From Eledone cirrhosa (Eukaryota), in the NCBI GenBank assembly GCA_964016885.1, contig OZ024741.1:343914001-343978000 (forward strand): 64,000 bases of DNA, given 5' to 3'. Positions 16,083 to 29,591 of this stretch are shown one piece after another. The notes below the pieces were generated by a model. It did not search any database. It saw nothing but the letters and a program-made list of their open reading frames with translations, and was not told the DNA's origin. Made by a program: the position numbers and the translations under genes. The first letter of the stretch is position 1. Every line of letters starts with the position of its first letter.

Positions 16083-16127
16083 AATATTGGACTAGTTTCG
16101 ATGTTGTTACATCTCATCAGCAATATT
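16083..16127 (-). ncRNA. Canonical minimal type I HHR with extended stem I
   Basis: aatattg-CTGATGA-gatgt aaca acatc-GAAA-C TA G-TC-caatatt. Stem I extends via 16051-16078 pairing with 16136-16156. Confidence 0.92.
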
Positions 16128-16253
16128 TACCCATCCTCCGGCCCCTCTAGAGAATCGTAAAAGCACATATCGTTATATGCTTTTTCTATGAAAATTAGTA
16201 GTGGGCAGACTAATTTGCATAGAGCGTGAGTACGTACCGGTTCAGCGGAAGCG

Positions 16254-16498
16254 ATAAAAACAAATAACGAAACGAAATTAAATTTCGTTTCGTTTGTAAC
16301 TCACTTTTGTATGACTGACGCTTAAACAATTAAGTTAGAAGTGTACATCCACATATGTATACTGAAATACTAGTATGCATATAAATACACACACACGTAT
16401 ACATATGTGGATGTACACTTCTAACTTAATTGTTTAAGCGTCAGTCATACAAAAGTGAGTTACAAACGAAACGAAATTTAATTTCGTTTCGTTATTTG

Positions 16499-16505
<7 letters not shown>
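16254..16505. repeat. Fold-back inverted repeat
   Basis: 16254-16360 is the reverse complement of 16398-16505. 15860-15945 is a direct copy of the centre. Confidence 0.85.
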
Positions 16506-16542
<37 letters not shown>

Positions 16543-16675
16543 ATAGCCGTCGCGTTCTGACTTTTTTATATAATCATACACTACTATTCTAAATATTGAG
16601 TATTCTATTGAGTAATGATTTAATTAGTTTTAAACTGGTTATATCCTAATTTATATATATATATATATATATAAG

Positions 16676-17572
<897 letters not shown>

Positions 17573-17706
17573 TATATATATATATATATATATACGTGTG
17601 TCTGTGTGTGTGTGTGTCTCTGTCTGTCTGTGTGTGTGTGTGTGTGTGTGTGTATTTGTGTATGTTGTGTGTGTGTCTGTGTGTATATCTATATACATAT
17701 ATATGT

Positions 17707-17780
17707 AGCCGCCTCTGTGGCCTAGTGGTAGGTATTAGAGACGGTTGAGACACTGGTCTTGGGTTCATCTCTGCCAGAAT
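17707..17780 (+). mobile_element. tRNA-like SINE head
   Basis: A-box TGGCCTAGTGG and degenerate B-box GGGTTCATCTC; no intact cloverleaf. Confidence 0.45.
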
Positions 17781-18001
17781 GTACATTAAATATTATTTTT
17801 GTATTTTCCTATTTACACATCTCACTACTTGAATGTATGTTAACGCCAGAGTAACAGGCAAATTTGATAAGCGGCTTAGGCCGATTTGTCATCTATCCAT
17901 GGGTAGAGTGAAATATATTTTATAAATTTCAAATATCATTTAGGAAAATACACGTAATTTAAGCTGGAAAAAGTCAAATATTCCAATATGTATTGATAAC
18001 C

Positions 18002-18118
<117 letters not shown>

Positions 18119-18436
18119 ATGAAAATAAAAAGTTACGGGCGAGAAAGAGGACATTATTCATCATTAGTTGTCTGCTAGGAATCATCGATATTTCTTCGCG
18201 TTAGAGACAATATATCTCAACCTAGTAAGATCAACAACTAAAATAAGTTATTGGGATAAAAAAGGGGAGAAAGAGAAAAAAATACGTAAACAGACACGAA
18301 ATGTAAAACAACGTATATATGATTCCAGTTCCTCAGAGAAATAGCAACACAACCTGGAGCTGGACATATCGATGTATTGATGGAATAAAACACACTTCAA
18401 CAAACATGTGCACCTGTCTTTCCCACACCAATTCGG

Positions 18437-18492
18437 ACTGCCTGAAGATGGTCACAACCAATGATGGCTGTCACCGAAATATATATAGCAGT
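18437..18492 (+). ncRNA. Type I HHR in mini-element 18318-18645
   Basis: actgc-CTGAAGA-t ggtcacaacca atga tggctgtcacc-GAAA-T ATAT A-TA-gcagt, with AATAAA downstream. Confidence 0.85.
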
Positions 18493-18802
18493 ATATCTAT
18501 AATTTATAATAAAACGAAGCCAAATTTCACCAATTTGACTTAATTATTTTACATTACTCCGGAGTAAACAAACCAACCTGCGTACCTCGTCGAGTGCTCC
18601 AATCTGCATACTGAGGTGTCGGTAAACAACCAACATATACTCAATATATATATATATGAACATCACCTAAAAAAGCACAAGAAAATACATAAAAATGCAT
18701 TCTTCACTCGGCTACGTAGATAATTAAAATATATAAATATTTGTGCTCTAAGCGACCGAACTGTACAATATATTTACATATATACATATATGCATACATA
18801 TA

Positions 18803-18920
18803 GGCGCGTGGATGAGTGGTTAGATAATTGGATTCCAAATCGTGAGATAGTGAGTTCGAATCACGACCGGGTAATGCGTTATGTTCTTGAGCAAGACACT
18901 GTATTTCACGTTGCTCCTTC
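18803..18920 (+). mobile_element. tRNA-derived SINE family B, partial
   Basis: A and B boxes then GTTCTTGAGCAAGACACT...TTCACGTTGCTCC; same family as 48705-48965. Confidence 0.75.
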
Positions 18921-19214
18921 TACCTGGTAGTGCGACAGATAGATAGTTTTAGTAATTGAAAGACCAATGGAAACATTCATACTTCGGTCTGATTTGACAA
19001 AAGTCGGAAGTCGATCCAATGTCGATATATATATATATACAGACACAACTTTATTGTACAGTTCGGCCGCTTAGAGCACAAATGAATATATATTTTAATT
19101 TGTCCATTTCAGGATACAACTATAAGCAATATAATTCTATAAACCCCTTGATTATTTATTTTCTTGTGCTTGTTAGGGTGATGGTCATACCTTCTTATGA
19201 AGACCAAATATGGC

Positions 19215-19260
19215 GATAGACAGCACTGTTTCAAGATTTGTTAATCTCTCATCAGAGGTG
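19215..19260 (-). ncRNA. HHR core without adjacent stem I
   Basis: CTGATGA-g agatt aaca aatct t-GAAA-CAG TG CTG-TC. Confidence 0.55.
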
Positions 19261-19420
19261 TCCACTCATCCAGTAGTAGCGTGACTATCATCTGTTTATT
19301 GTATCTAGACATATATTGTATGTTTTCGTATACACGCTTAATATTTTGAAGGTTCTGCAAATAAAGTATACTCCTAATTGTAATGGTTCACTTATTCTGA
19401 CAAAAGCAAACACACACCTA

Positions 19421-19511
<91 letters not shown>

Positions 19512-19745
19512 TATGCATGTATACGTACATACATATATGTATACAGACGTACAGTAGCACGCACATATATATATATATATACATATATATATACATATGC
19601 ATACAGGTACACATACATATATGCACGTATCAGTTTAGAGGCGCTAACGTCGCTTTGTTCGTTTGTAAACAAACTGAACAGCCTGAATTTATGCCATACG
19701 GTGTTAAGGCAACCACGTCACCTTTTTGTTCAACACTGACACAGG

Positions 19746-19790
19746 AACGATGTACTAGTTTCAAGCTTGTTAGCTATCATCAGCACCGTT
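19746..19790 (-). ncRNA. Array HHR, representative unit
   Basis: aacggtg-CTGATGA-tagctaacaagctt-GAAA-CTAG-TA-catcgtt. Predicted cleavage after GUA, between 19753 and 19752. Confidence 0.93.
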
Positions 19791-19818
19791 TACCCATCTG
19801 CCAGATAGTTGAACGTTC

Positions 19819-19871
19819 GAAAGTATATACTTTCCTTATGAAAATTAACGGCTGAGCAGCCTAATTTGCAT
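19819..19871 (-). promoter_or_regulatory. Putative octamer-dyad plus TATA promoter module, repeated in each unit
   Basis: Minus strand ATGCAAATTAGGCTG-ct-CAGCCGTTAATTTTCAT, then GAAAGTATATACTTTC about 30 nt before the HHR. Also conserved at 16165-16220 and 46740-46795. Confidence 0.55.
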
Positions 19872-20030
19872 ATTGAGTGAGTTAAATCGGTCAGGCATAC
19901 CGAAAACGATAAATTGAAACAAAATGAAAACGAAATTTCATTTCTCACTCTTAGTATGGCACTTACCTAAATGTAAGTATGCATGTATACGTACATACAT
20001 ATATGTATACAGACGTACAGTAGCACGCAC

Positions 20031-20061
<31 letters not shown>

Positions 20062-22365
20062 CATATGCATACAGGTACACATACATATATGCACGTATCA
20101 GTTTAGCGGCGCTAACGTCGCTTTGTTCGTTTGTAAACAAACTGAACAGCCTGAATTTATGCCATACGGTGTTAAGGCAACCACGTCACCTTTTTGTTCA
20201 AGACTGACACAGGAACGATGTACTAGTTTCAAGCTTGTTAGCTATCATCAGCACCGTTTACCCATCTGCCAGATAGTTGAACGTTCGAAAGTATATACTT
20301 TCCTTATGAAAATTAACGGCTGAGCAGCCTAATTTGCATATTGAGTGAGTTAAATCGGTCAGGCATACCGAAAACGATAAATTGAAACAAAATGAAAACG
20401 AAATTTCATTTCTCACTCTTAGTATGGCACTTACTTAAATGTAAGTATGCATGTATACGTACATACATATATGTATACAGACGTACAGTAGCACGCACAT
20501 ATATATATATATATACATATATATATACATATGCATACAGGTACACATACATATATGCACGTATCAGTTTAGCGGCGCAAACGTCGCTTTGTTCGTTTGT
20601 AAACAAACTGAACAGCCTGAATTTATGCCATACGGTGTTAAGGCAACCACGTCACCTTTTTGTTCAACACTGACACAGGAACGATGTACTAGTTTCAAGC
20701 TTGTTAGCTATCATCAGCACCGTTTACCCATCTGCCAGATAGTTGAACGTTCGAAAGTATATACTTTCCTTATGAAAATTAAAGGCTGAGCAGCCTAATT
20801 TGCATATTGAGTGAGTTAAATCGGTCAGGCATACCGAAAACGATAAATTGAAACAAAATGAAAACGAAATTTCATTTCTCACTCTTAGTATGGCACTTAC
20901 CTAAATGTAAGTATGCATGTATACGTACATACATATATGTATACAGACGTACAGTAGCACGCACATATATATATATATATACATATATATATACATATGC
21001 ATACAGGTACACATACATATATGCACGTATCAGTTTAGCGGCGCTAACGTCGCTTTGTTCGTTTGTAAACAAACTGAACAGCCTGAATTTATGCCATACG
21101 GTGTTAAGGCAACCACGTCACCTTTTTGTTCAACACTGACACAGGAACGGTGTACTAGTTTCAAGCTTGTTAGCTATCATCAGCACCGTTTACCCATCTG
21201 CCAGATAGTTGAACGTTCGAAAGTATATACTTTCCTTATGAAAATTAACGGCTGAGCAGCCTAATTTGCATATTGAGTGAGTTAAATCGGTCAGGCATAC
21301 CGAAAACGATAAATTGAAACAAAATGAAAACGAAATTTCATTTCTCACTCTTAGTATGGCACTTACTTAAATGTAAGTATGCATGTATACGTACATACAT
21401 ATATGTATACAGACGTACAGTAGCACGCACATATATATATATATATACATATATATATACATATGCATACAGGTACACATACATATATGCACGTATCAGT
21501 TTAGCGGCGCAAACGTCGCTTTGTTCGTTTGTAAACAAACTGAACAGCCTGAATTTATGCCATACGGTGTTAAGGCAACCACGTCACCTTTTTGTTCAAC
21601 ACTGACACAGGAACGATGTACTAGTTTCAAGCTTGTTAGCTATCATCAGCACCGTTTACCCATCTGCCAGATAGTTGAACGTTCGAAAGTATATACTTTC
21701 CTTATGAAAATTAAAGGCTGAGCAGCCTAATTTGCATATTGAGTGAGTTAAATCGGTCAGGCATACCGAAAACGATAAATTGAAACAAAATGAAAACGAA
21801 ATTTCATTTCTCACTCTTAGTATGGCACTTACCTAAATGTAAGTATGCATGTATACGTACATACATATATGTATACAGACGTACAGTAGCACGCACATAT
21901 ATATATATATATACATATATATATACATATGCATACAGGTACACATACATATATGCACGTATCAGTTTAGCGGCGCTAACGTCGCTTTGTTCGTTTGTAA
22001 ACAAACTGAACAGCCTGAATTTATGCCATACGGTGTTAAGGCAACCACGTCACCTTTTTGTTCAACACTGACACAGGAACGGTGTACTAGTTTCAAGCTT
22101 GTTAGCTATCATCAGCACCGTTTACCCATCTGCCAGATAGTTGAAGGTTCGAAAGTATATACTTTCGAACCTTCAACTATCTGGCAGATGGGTAAACGGT
22201 GCTGATGATAGCTAACAAGCTTGAAACTAGTACACCGTTCCTGTGTCAGTGTTGAACAAAAAGGTGACGTGGTTGCCTTAACACCGTATGCATAAATTCA
22301 GGCTGTTCAGTTTGTTTACAAACGATCAAAGCGACGTTAGCGCCGCTAAACTGATACGTGCATAT

Positions 22366-22565
22366 NNNNNNNNNNNNNNNNNNNNNNNNNNNNNNNNNNN
22401 NNNNNNNNNNNNNNNNNNNNNNNNNNNNNNNNNNNNNNNNNNNNNNNNNNNNNNNNNNNNNNNNNNNNNNNNNNNNNNNNNNNNNNNNNNNNNNNNNNNN
22501 NNNNNNNNNNNNNNNNNNNNNNNNNNNNNNNNNNNNNNNNNNNNNNNNNNNNNNNNNNNNNNNNN
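22366..22565. other. Assembly gap (200 N)
   Basis: Run of N. Confidence 1.
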
Positions 22566-22629
22566 GTGTGTGATGAAATTGAGAGTGTATGTATGTATTT
22601 ATGTATGTATATATGTATGTATATATTAT

Positions 22630-23225
22630 GTCAGGTCACCAGTTGGTGCTACTGGTAACATGTATCCCAGTACAACCTGTCTCATGGTCGGGTCGTTGGC
22701 GACTAAACTGGCAACCCCACCAAGATTTCTTGGTGGGGAGGGTGACTTTGGACATCCTGCAGGACCTAAAAACAAAACATGTCAAAGGACAAAGGAGCTC
22801 TAAAGAGTCAATTACTGGGAGAGATGACCCTTAGCCTTTGTCAAGGCAGAATTCTAGGAGAAGGAAAACTCTGATATAACACCTGCAACCCTTATGGTAT
22901 CCAATGATGTTGACTTGTACTTCTATTTTGGTAAACATCATCTTGGTTAAGAGAGTGGGACTAGCTTTGTGCAGTGCCTTTGCTCACTATAAAAGCTTCA
23001 CGACACCGGCATTGCTTTATATCTGGAGATCTCTCTGCACTTGTCGTCACACTGGTACCCATGGGCCCAGCACTATGTGTCAATAATTGTCACAATGTAG
23101 TGTTTGTACCAGAGTTTTCAAGTCGCTAGCTGGACTAAAAAGTCACACTCGTTGAGCGCATCGGTAGGCGGTTCTCCTACATGGATATAAAGTAGTGGCC
23201 GTACTCGAAAACGAGTTGGCAGCCA
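22630..23225 (+). mobile_element. Possible RTE-clade LINE 5' UTR fragment
   Basis: Contains CTAGGAGAAGGAAAACTCTGA, a motif recalled from RTE 5' UTRs; no ORF. Confidence 0.35.
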
Positions 23226-23314
23226 TCATATATGTATGCATATATGTATTTATGCATTTATGTATATATGTATTTATGTATGTATGTATGTACCTATGCT
23301 GTTATGAAATAATT

Positions 23315-23605
23315 GTTTCTACTTTTGACACAAAGCCAGCAATTATTCCAGTGTATTACTGGTACTTTATTTTATCGACCCCGTAAGGATGAAAGGCAAA
23401 GTTAACCTGGACCGGATTTGAACTCAGACCGTAAAGAGACGTAACTATGCTAGAAAGCATGGCGTCTGACCCTCTACCGATACTGCCATGAAATAATAAA
23501 CATTATTATCATTTTTGCCTTTCATCTTTACGGGGGTCGATAAAATAAAGTAACCAGTAATGCACTGGTAATTGCTGGCATTGTGCTTAAAGTAGATAAC
23601 AATTA
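23315..23605. mobile_element. SINE family A (minus, 23315-23490) plus inverted partial copy (23515-23605)
   Basis: GCCTTTCATCCTTACGGGGTCGATAAAATAAAGTACCAGT body in both orientations. Confidence 0.85.
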
Positions 23606-23659
23606 TTATCATTACTAAATTGCACTTCAGTGTTTATTATGTGCATTGTGCATCTACTA

Positions 23660-24090
23660 TGTGTATATGTATCTGTACATATGTATCTTATACAGTAAGT
23701 ATCTATATGTACATATGTATCTCTGTTACATATGTATCTATATGTATCTTACTATTCTTGTATCTCCTGTATACATATGTATCTATATGTACATATGTAT
23801 CTCTGTATACATAAGTATCTATATGTACATATGTATCTCTGTATACATAAGTATCTATATGTACATATGTTATCTCTGTATACATATGTATCTATATGTA
23901 CAATATTTTATCTCTGTATAGATATTGTATCTATATGTACATATGTATCTCTGTATACATATGTTATCTATATGTACATATGTATCTCTGTTATACATAT
24001 GTATCTATATGTTAGATATGTATCTCTGTATATATATGGTATTCTATATGTACATATGTATTCTACATGTACATGTATATCTCTGTTTGT
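23660..24090. repeat. ~36-bp minisatellite
   Basis: GTATCTATATGTACATATGTATCTCTGTATACATAA-like units. Confidence 0.85.
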
Positions 24091-24214
24091 TTCCCCTGTA
24101 TTTCTGTATATTTTACTGTTTTTATCACCCTGTTCTGTTTTTACCCATATAATCAATCTTAAGTATTGACTATTTTCCCACATTCAATGGGATTATATTG
24201 CCATTGATTTTAAT

Positions 24215-24425
24215 AATGGTTTTCTTATATCAGGCACAAGGCTCAGCAATTTGGGGGGTAGGGAAAGTCGATTAAATCGACGCCAGTGGGTGACTGGTAC
24301 TTTATTTTATCTACCTCGTAAGGATGAAAGGCAAAGTTAACCACATTTGAACTCATATCATAAAGGGCCGTAACTCTATGCTGCAAAGCATTGGTGTCCG
24401 GACTCTCTACTGATACTGCCAATTG
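24215..24425 (-). mobile_element. SINE family A
   Basis: Reverse complement of the family head and body. Confidence 0.85.
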
Positions 24426-24467
24426 ATTTTAATAATCACATTCTTCTTATCAACATTATTCATATTA

Positions 24468-24496
24468 TTGTGTCGTTGTTGTTGTTGTGGTGATGG

Positions 24497-24527
<31 letters not shown>

Positions 24528-25240
24528 CTTATTCTTGTTATTGTTGTTTTTTATTGTCGTTGTTGTTATTGTTGTTGTTGCTGTTGTTGTTGGTGGTGGT
24601 GGTGGTGTTCGTGTTCTTTGTTGTTGTTGTTGTTGTTGTTGTTGTTGCTGTTGTCATTATTGTTGTTGTTGTGGTTATTGTTCTTGTTCTTGTTATTATT
24701 GTTTTAAGTTGGTGGTGTGTGGAAGTTGTAGTGGTGTTGTTGTTGTTATTGTGCTGTTGTTTTTGCTGTTGTTGTTGGTGGTGGAAGTTGTAGTTTGGTG
24801 TTGTTGTATTGTTGTTGTTATTGTTGTTCTTGTTTGTTCTTGTTCTTTTGTTCTTGTTCTTGTTTTCTTGGTATTGTTGTATTGTTATTGTTGTTATTGT
24901 TATTATTATTGTTATTGTTGATATTGTTGTTATTGTTGTTATTGCTATTGTTATTGGTTATTGTTGTTATTGTTTTCTTGTTCTTGTTCCTGTTATTGTT
25001 GCTGTTTTTATTGTTGTTGTTGTTCTTGTTATTGCTATTGTTATTGTTATTCTTGTTCTTGTTCCTGTTATTGTTCCTGTTTTTATTGTTGTTGTTGTTC
25101 TTGTTATTGCTATTGTTATTGTTATTCTTGTTCTTGTTCCTGTTATTGTTCCTGTTTTTATTGTTGTTGTTGTTCTTTGTTATTGCTATTGTTATTGTTG
25201 TTGTCGTCGTTGTTGCCGTTGTTGCTGTTGTTGTTGTTAT
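24468..25240. repeat. Compound (TTG)n microsatellite with ~66-bp higher-order units
   Basis: TTG/TTA/TTC triplets; a 66-bp block repeats about 3 times at 24975-25180. Confidence 0.9.
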
Positions 25241-25454
25241 CTTATATTTTTATTGCGTGTCTCTTTAACAACACTACCTAACTTTGCTCTGTGAGACTTG
25301 TGTATAGCCAGGTTTATGTTGGTGTTTATTGTAATAAAAATACGTAACATGTTTGCGTTACATACTGCTGTGGTGTTCTATACATTCTGCATGTTTCTAT
25401 ATCCTAAGGTTACGATTTTATGCATGTTCTATTATTATTGTTATTAAATATACA

Positions 25455-25865
25455 GTGAATTGGCCGAATCAGTCGAGTGTCTGACACCCTGCTTTACGGT
25501 ATAGAGTTACTTCCATTTACAGCATGAGTTCAGATCCTACGAGGTTAGCTTTGCCTTTCATCCTTACGGTGTCGATGAAATAAAAGCACCAGTAATGCAC
25601 TGGGGTAGATTTAATCGACTTTCCCGTCCCCTTCAAATTGTTGGCATTGTGCCTAGAATAGAAACAATTTTTTTAGAGGGCCGTGGATTCGCAGTATCAG
25701 TAGCGCGTCTGACACCCTGCTTGTTGGCATAGAGTTGCGGCCCTTTACATTCTGACTCAAATCACCCCAGGGTTAGCTTTGTCTTTCAATCTTTACGGAG
25801 TCGATAACCAGTAAGTGCCAGTAACGTACTGGGGTAGGTTTAATCAACTCCCCTTCCCCAAAATA
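25455..25865 (+). mobile_element. Two tandem SINE family A copies
   Basis: Two successive head and body units. Confidence 0.8.
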
Positions 25866-25899
25866 GTAAAAATCATTATTATTACCAAAGCACGTATTA

Positions 25900-28800
25900 T
25901 TATATGAAATGTTTTCGTTTTTCAAGTTCCAATTATTAGGTTATCTTTATTTCTAGACCTTTATAAAGGGATACTTTTTTTTCCATTTCTTTTAGTGAAA
26001 TATTGTCACCTGTATGATTAAAACATTTATGAAGCATTTCATTGTCTGGTGGTCTTTGACACAAATCTTCTTCCGATTACTCCTTGATCTATTTTATACG
26101 TATTGGTATTTTCCAGAGTATTGTTCATTCTTTGAGACTTTTTCCTGTGTATGTCTACACACACTCTTTTGAATGTAAAACTTCCAAGGTATGTAAATCA
26201 CAAGTTTGCAGCAGACATATCTATTGCATGACTAAAACTAGCAACCATGGTTGCCATCGTTTTTTCAAGGCGTTCTGTAGGCACATTATTTGCTTAGATT
26301 CTAGTCTTTTAACAATTTATTGTTATTATTTCTTCTCCATAAACTATATGTATTTCAACTTCCGTTTTGAATTTGTTGGATTCTTTAAAGACGGAAAATA
26401 AACTTATTTTGTTTTGTTTAGTTCCGTAGATATCTGGTATTAACATCATACAGTATTCGTTACTAGGTAATTCATCTGTACTATATTGAATATTTTATAA
26501 TCATCTTCTAGTTGCAAAAGGTATCTACCTCCCAGTAATTGTGGTACATATAATCTTTCTATATTAGGTTTTCTGTGGTTTATTCTGTTTACAATCATTA
26601 TTTTTCTTGTTCGTTTATCGTCCAATTAAGAGTATTGTGAAAGCGGCAAATTAATTAAATGTTTTGCAGTATTTGTTTCGTCTTTCTGCCTAGTATAGTG
26701 CAACTATACCTTTTATCCTTTCGATGTCGATAAAAACATGTACCACTCTAGTCATGGGGGGGGGGGGTCCTCGATATCTCCTTCTCACTTCCTCTCTTTC
26801 TCACTCACGCTCATTCTCTCGAAGAAATCAGCTTTGTTCAGACCTGGAGAGGGGATGGTCCCCACCAAATTTAAAGAGACGCTGTATGCTACTATGGGGC
26901 CCCAAAGACTCCATTAGAAGTTACGGGTTTAAAGAAAGAAGAAGAATCTAACTGAAAGACATTACTGGGACTTTACGACTACATTATACAATGAGTTCTA
27001 TTTTAATTATTAATCAATGTTGGCTTTAATATTCCCTCTTAATCATTTCCTTCATTCGTGTGTGTTATACTCTGTCTAGTTTATAGGTTCCTAAGTATTT
27101 GTATGCCCTGGGTTGGTTTAAGTTTCTTACTTCCATTTTTTTCTTTATTCGGCATCATGTTAGTGTTTTATTTAAATTTCCTCATTTTAAGTTTTCCTTA
27201 GCGCATATTCTAAAATACGCACCTCATTCCAGTTTCTCTCCACGATCGATATATTGACTGCAGTAGAGTTTCTAGTTGTTTATGATCTGCAACGTTCACA
27301 TTTTGATCATACATATACAAAATATATTTTCATTTTCTTAAAGTATCACATTAAATTTGTGCTCATGTTCAATATTTTATTCTAAATTTTGGAATTTTAT
27401 GTTCTCGTTCGTACCTTTCAGTTATTCTTGCACTGTGTGATTTACTTAATCTGCAAATATCACCTCCCACAATTGTTCAGATGAAGTGTTCATTGGTTTG
27501 ACCAATCCTGACCATGGTGATTCCTTCGTTGTCCAGACTCCTTACACCAACTATTTTATTTCTATTATTGTTGTTTCCTCAATTTCTTGTTAGAATGATT
27601 TATGGTTTTAACCAAACAGCTTATTTTGTTCAAAGAACCATTGGCATTTTTCACACCGGCGTATTTTTTGAAATTTATAGATGGATCTTTTCTTTCAGGC
27701 TTTCGTTAATTCTGTTATTTCATTTTTTTATTTATATTATATAGCTGTAGTATTTACCTCTCCTTCATTTTATTCAATTCTGTTGTTTTGATTTTGATTT
27801 CGGTAAAGGATGAGATATATTTTATATCTATAAATGATCCCATGTTCTTTAATTGGGTTTCGATATTCTTATTTGAGTTTATTCATAGAAGGACCTTGTT
27901 TTCTTTGTAACAGCAGTGAAGTGATTGGTGCATATACTATTGGGCCGTCAAGTATCAATTTAGTAGAAATTTGTAGAGAAAAAGCAAATTTCTACAAATT
28001 TTATACTTGATGACCTAAAAGGGCGATGGTTTGGCAAATATTTAGATCATCGGATAGAATGTTTTGCGATAATTCTTGTCTTCATTCTTCTAAGCACCAG
28101 GTAATCACTGGGATCTATTTAATTCACTAACTCCTATCTTACATCTATATTTGAAAGGATTATTATATCTAGCCATGTGATACTGATATTTATATCAAAT
28201 TTAATTACGTTTTTGATGATGAGCTTAGCCTTTATTTTTTAAACGTTATTGCTTCGTAATCGCTGTTTTTCGTTGATCCATAGGAATAATGTTCAATTCT
28301 TGAATTATTTCTAATTTCAGATTATCATGGTCATGATTTCTGCCATTAGGATTCCTTATTTCTAAATCTTCTACACATTCATTTTTATTTATATTTTTTT
28401 TTTCGGGTTTTGTTGGTTAGTACTCTATAGTTGTGTTAGGGTTTAATTTTATTTTGTTTGTTATTTACTTTGATTATTTTGCATGTAATATGTGTATGTT
28501 TCAGATTTGATCCTAGTTCGGTGATTTTCCCTTGTGCGTACAGTTGTTATATTTTTTTTATTTTGAAGTGTTTCTGTATCTATAGCATATTTTTGATTTT
28601 GATAATATATTTACTTAAATTATAACTCTCATGGTATTCCAAGTTACTTTTAGTGTTAATATCATTTTCAAAATTGTTATATTTTGTGGGTAGAATGTAA
28701 CTGCATGTGCATTTTGCATAGAATTATATTTCTCTCTTGTGGAATTATGATTTTATTCCTTTTATTTGCTATACTTATGAAATAAAATTTGACACATTGA

Positions 28801-28900
28801 AAACAATTGTTATTGCTATGTTGATAATTAGTACGTTTTTGTAATTTTAATGGAAAATTATTAAAGGTTTCTTTAGTGCTCTCTCGTGTTTTGATTGTGT
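25900..28900 (-). pseudogene. Heavily decayed R4/Dong-like LINE RT fragments, interrupted by SINE relics
   Basis: Minus-strand peptides YILYMYDQ (cf. HLLYMDD, ~27320), AYKYLG (~27100) and NIERLYVPQLLGGRYL (cf. ERLYLPRxxGGRGL, ~26540). Boundaries approximate. Confidence 0.55.
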
Positions 28901-29538
28901 ACTAAAGTTCTATATTATTGACGTTTTCTCACGTTCTATGACAGAATCATATTAATATAAGTACCAGAGAAGCAGTGGAAATTTGGTGGCAATACCTAAG
29001 TCGATCACATTTGACATATTAATGTATCGTCAAATATATTTCGTCGGAACTTGTCTATAGCATCTTAAGCCAATGCGTGGTATGTCTTTCTCGAAAATAC
29101 GTCACATATACGTATTGTAGATGTAGATAATTCATTCAATATATTTAACGTTGATGGCCTGTTACTGTTTTGTAAATGTAATCTTTTTCGGTAGGATTAT
29201 CCTGATATGAATATTTCATCATTTCCAGGATAATATTACTTTTTTTATATTTGGCACAAGTTGGATAAACTAAAAGCTATAGAAATTAATACCTTTCTGG
29301 TTGTTCCTCACGATTAACTTCCGTTTCATAATAAATTGGTTGAATAAAAGTAACACCGCTAACAACATACACAGAGCGCGTAGCTGAAACAGAACGCAAG
29401 AAGGCAGAACACATGGCCCGAGGCATTTTATCCGACGCTCTAACAATAAGGACAGTACATCCATCCATACATACATATATACATACATACATACACACAT
29501 ACAGACACACATACATACATGCATATATACGTACATTA

Positions 29539-29591
<53 letters not shown>

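Larger units (their letters stand above)
19509..22365 (-). repeat. 466-bp tandem array (~5.7 units plus inverted partial unit), one HHR per unit; retrozyme-like
   Basis: HHRs on minus at 19746, 20214, 20680, 21146, 21612 and 22078 (45 nt each; spacing 468 then 466). Inverted HHR on plus at 22195-22239. Runs into the N gap. Confidence 0.95.

Noticed and set aside
19517-22205. Repeated 93-118 aa ORFs in the array
   Set aside because: They start in TA/CA low-complexity sequence, resemble no domain, and unit length 466 is not a multiple of 3.
19509-22365. CRISPR-like array
   Set aside because: Units are near-identical over their full length with no unique spacers, and the context is eukaryotic.
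24423-25294. Cys/Leu/Val-rich ORFs, also poly-Q/T ORFs at 52266-54195 and all [12 protein letters not shown] ORFs
   Set aside because: Translations of microsatellites.
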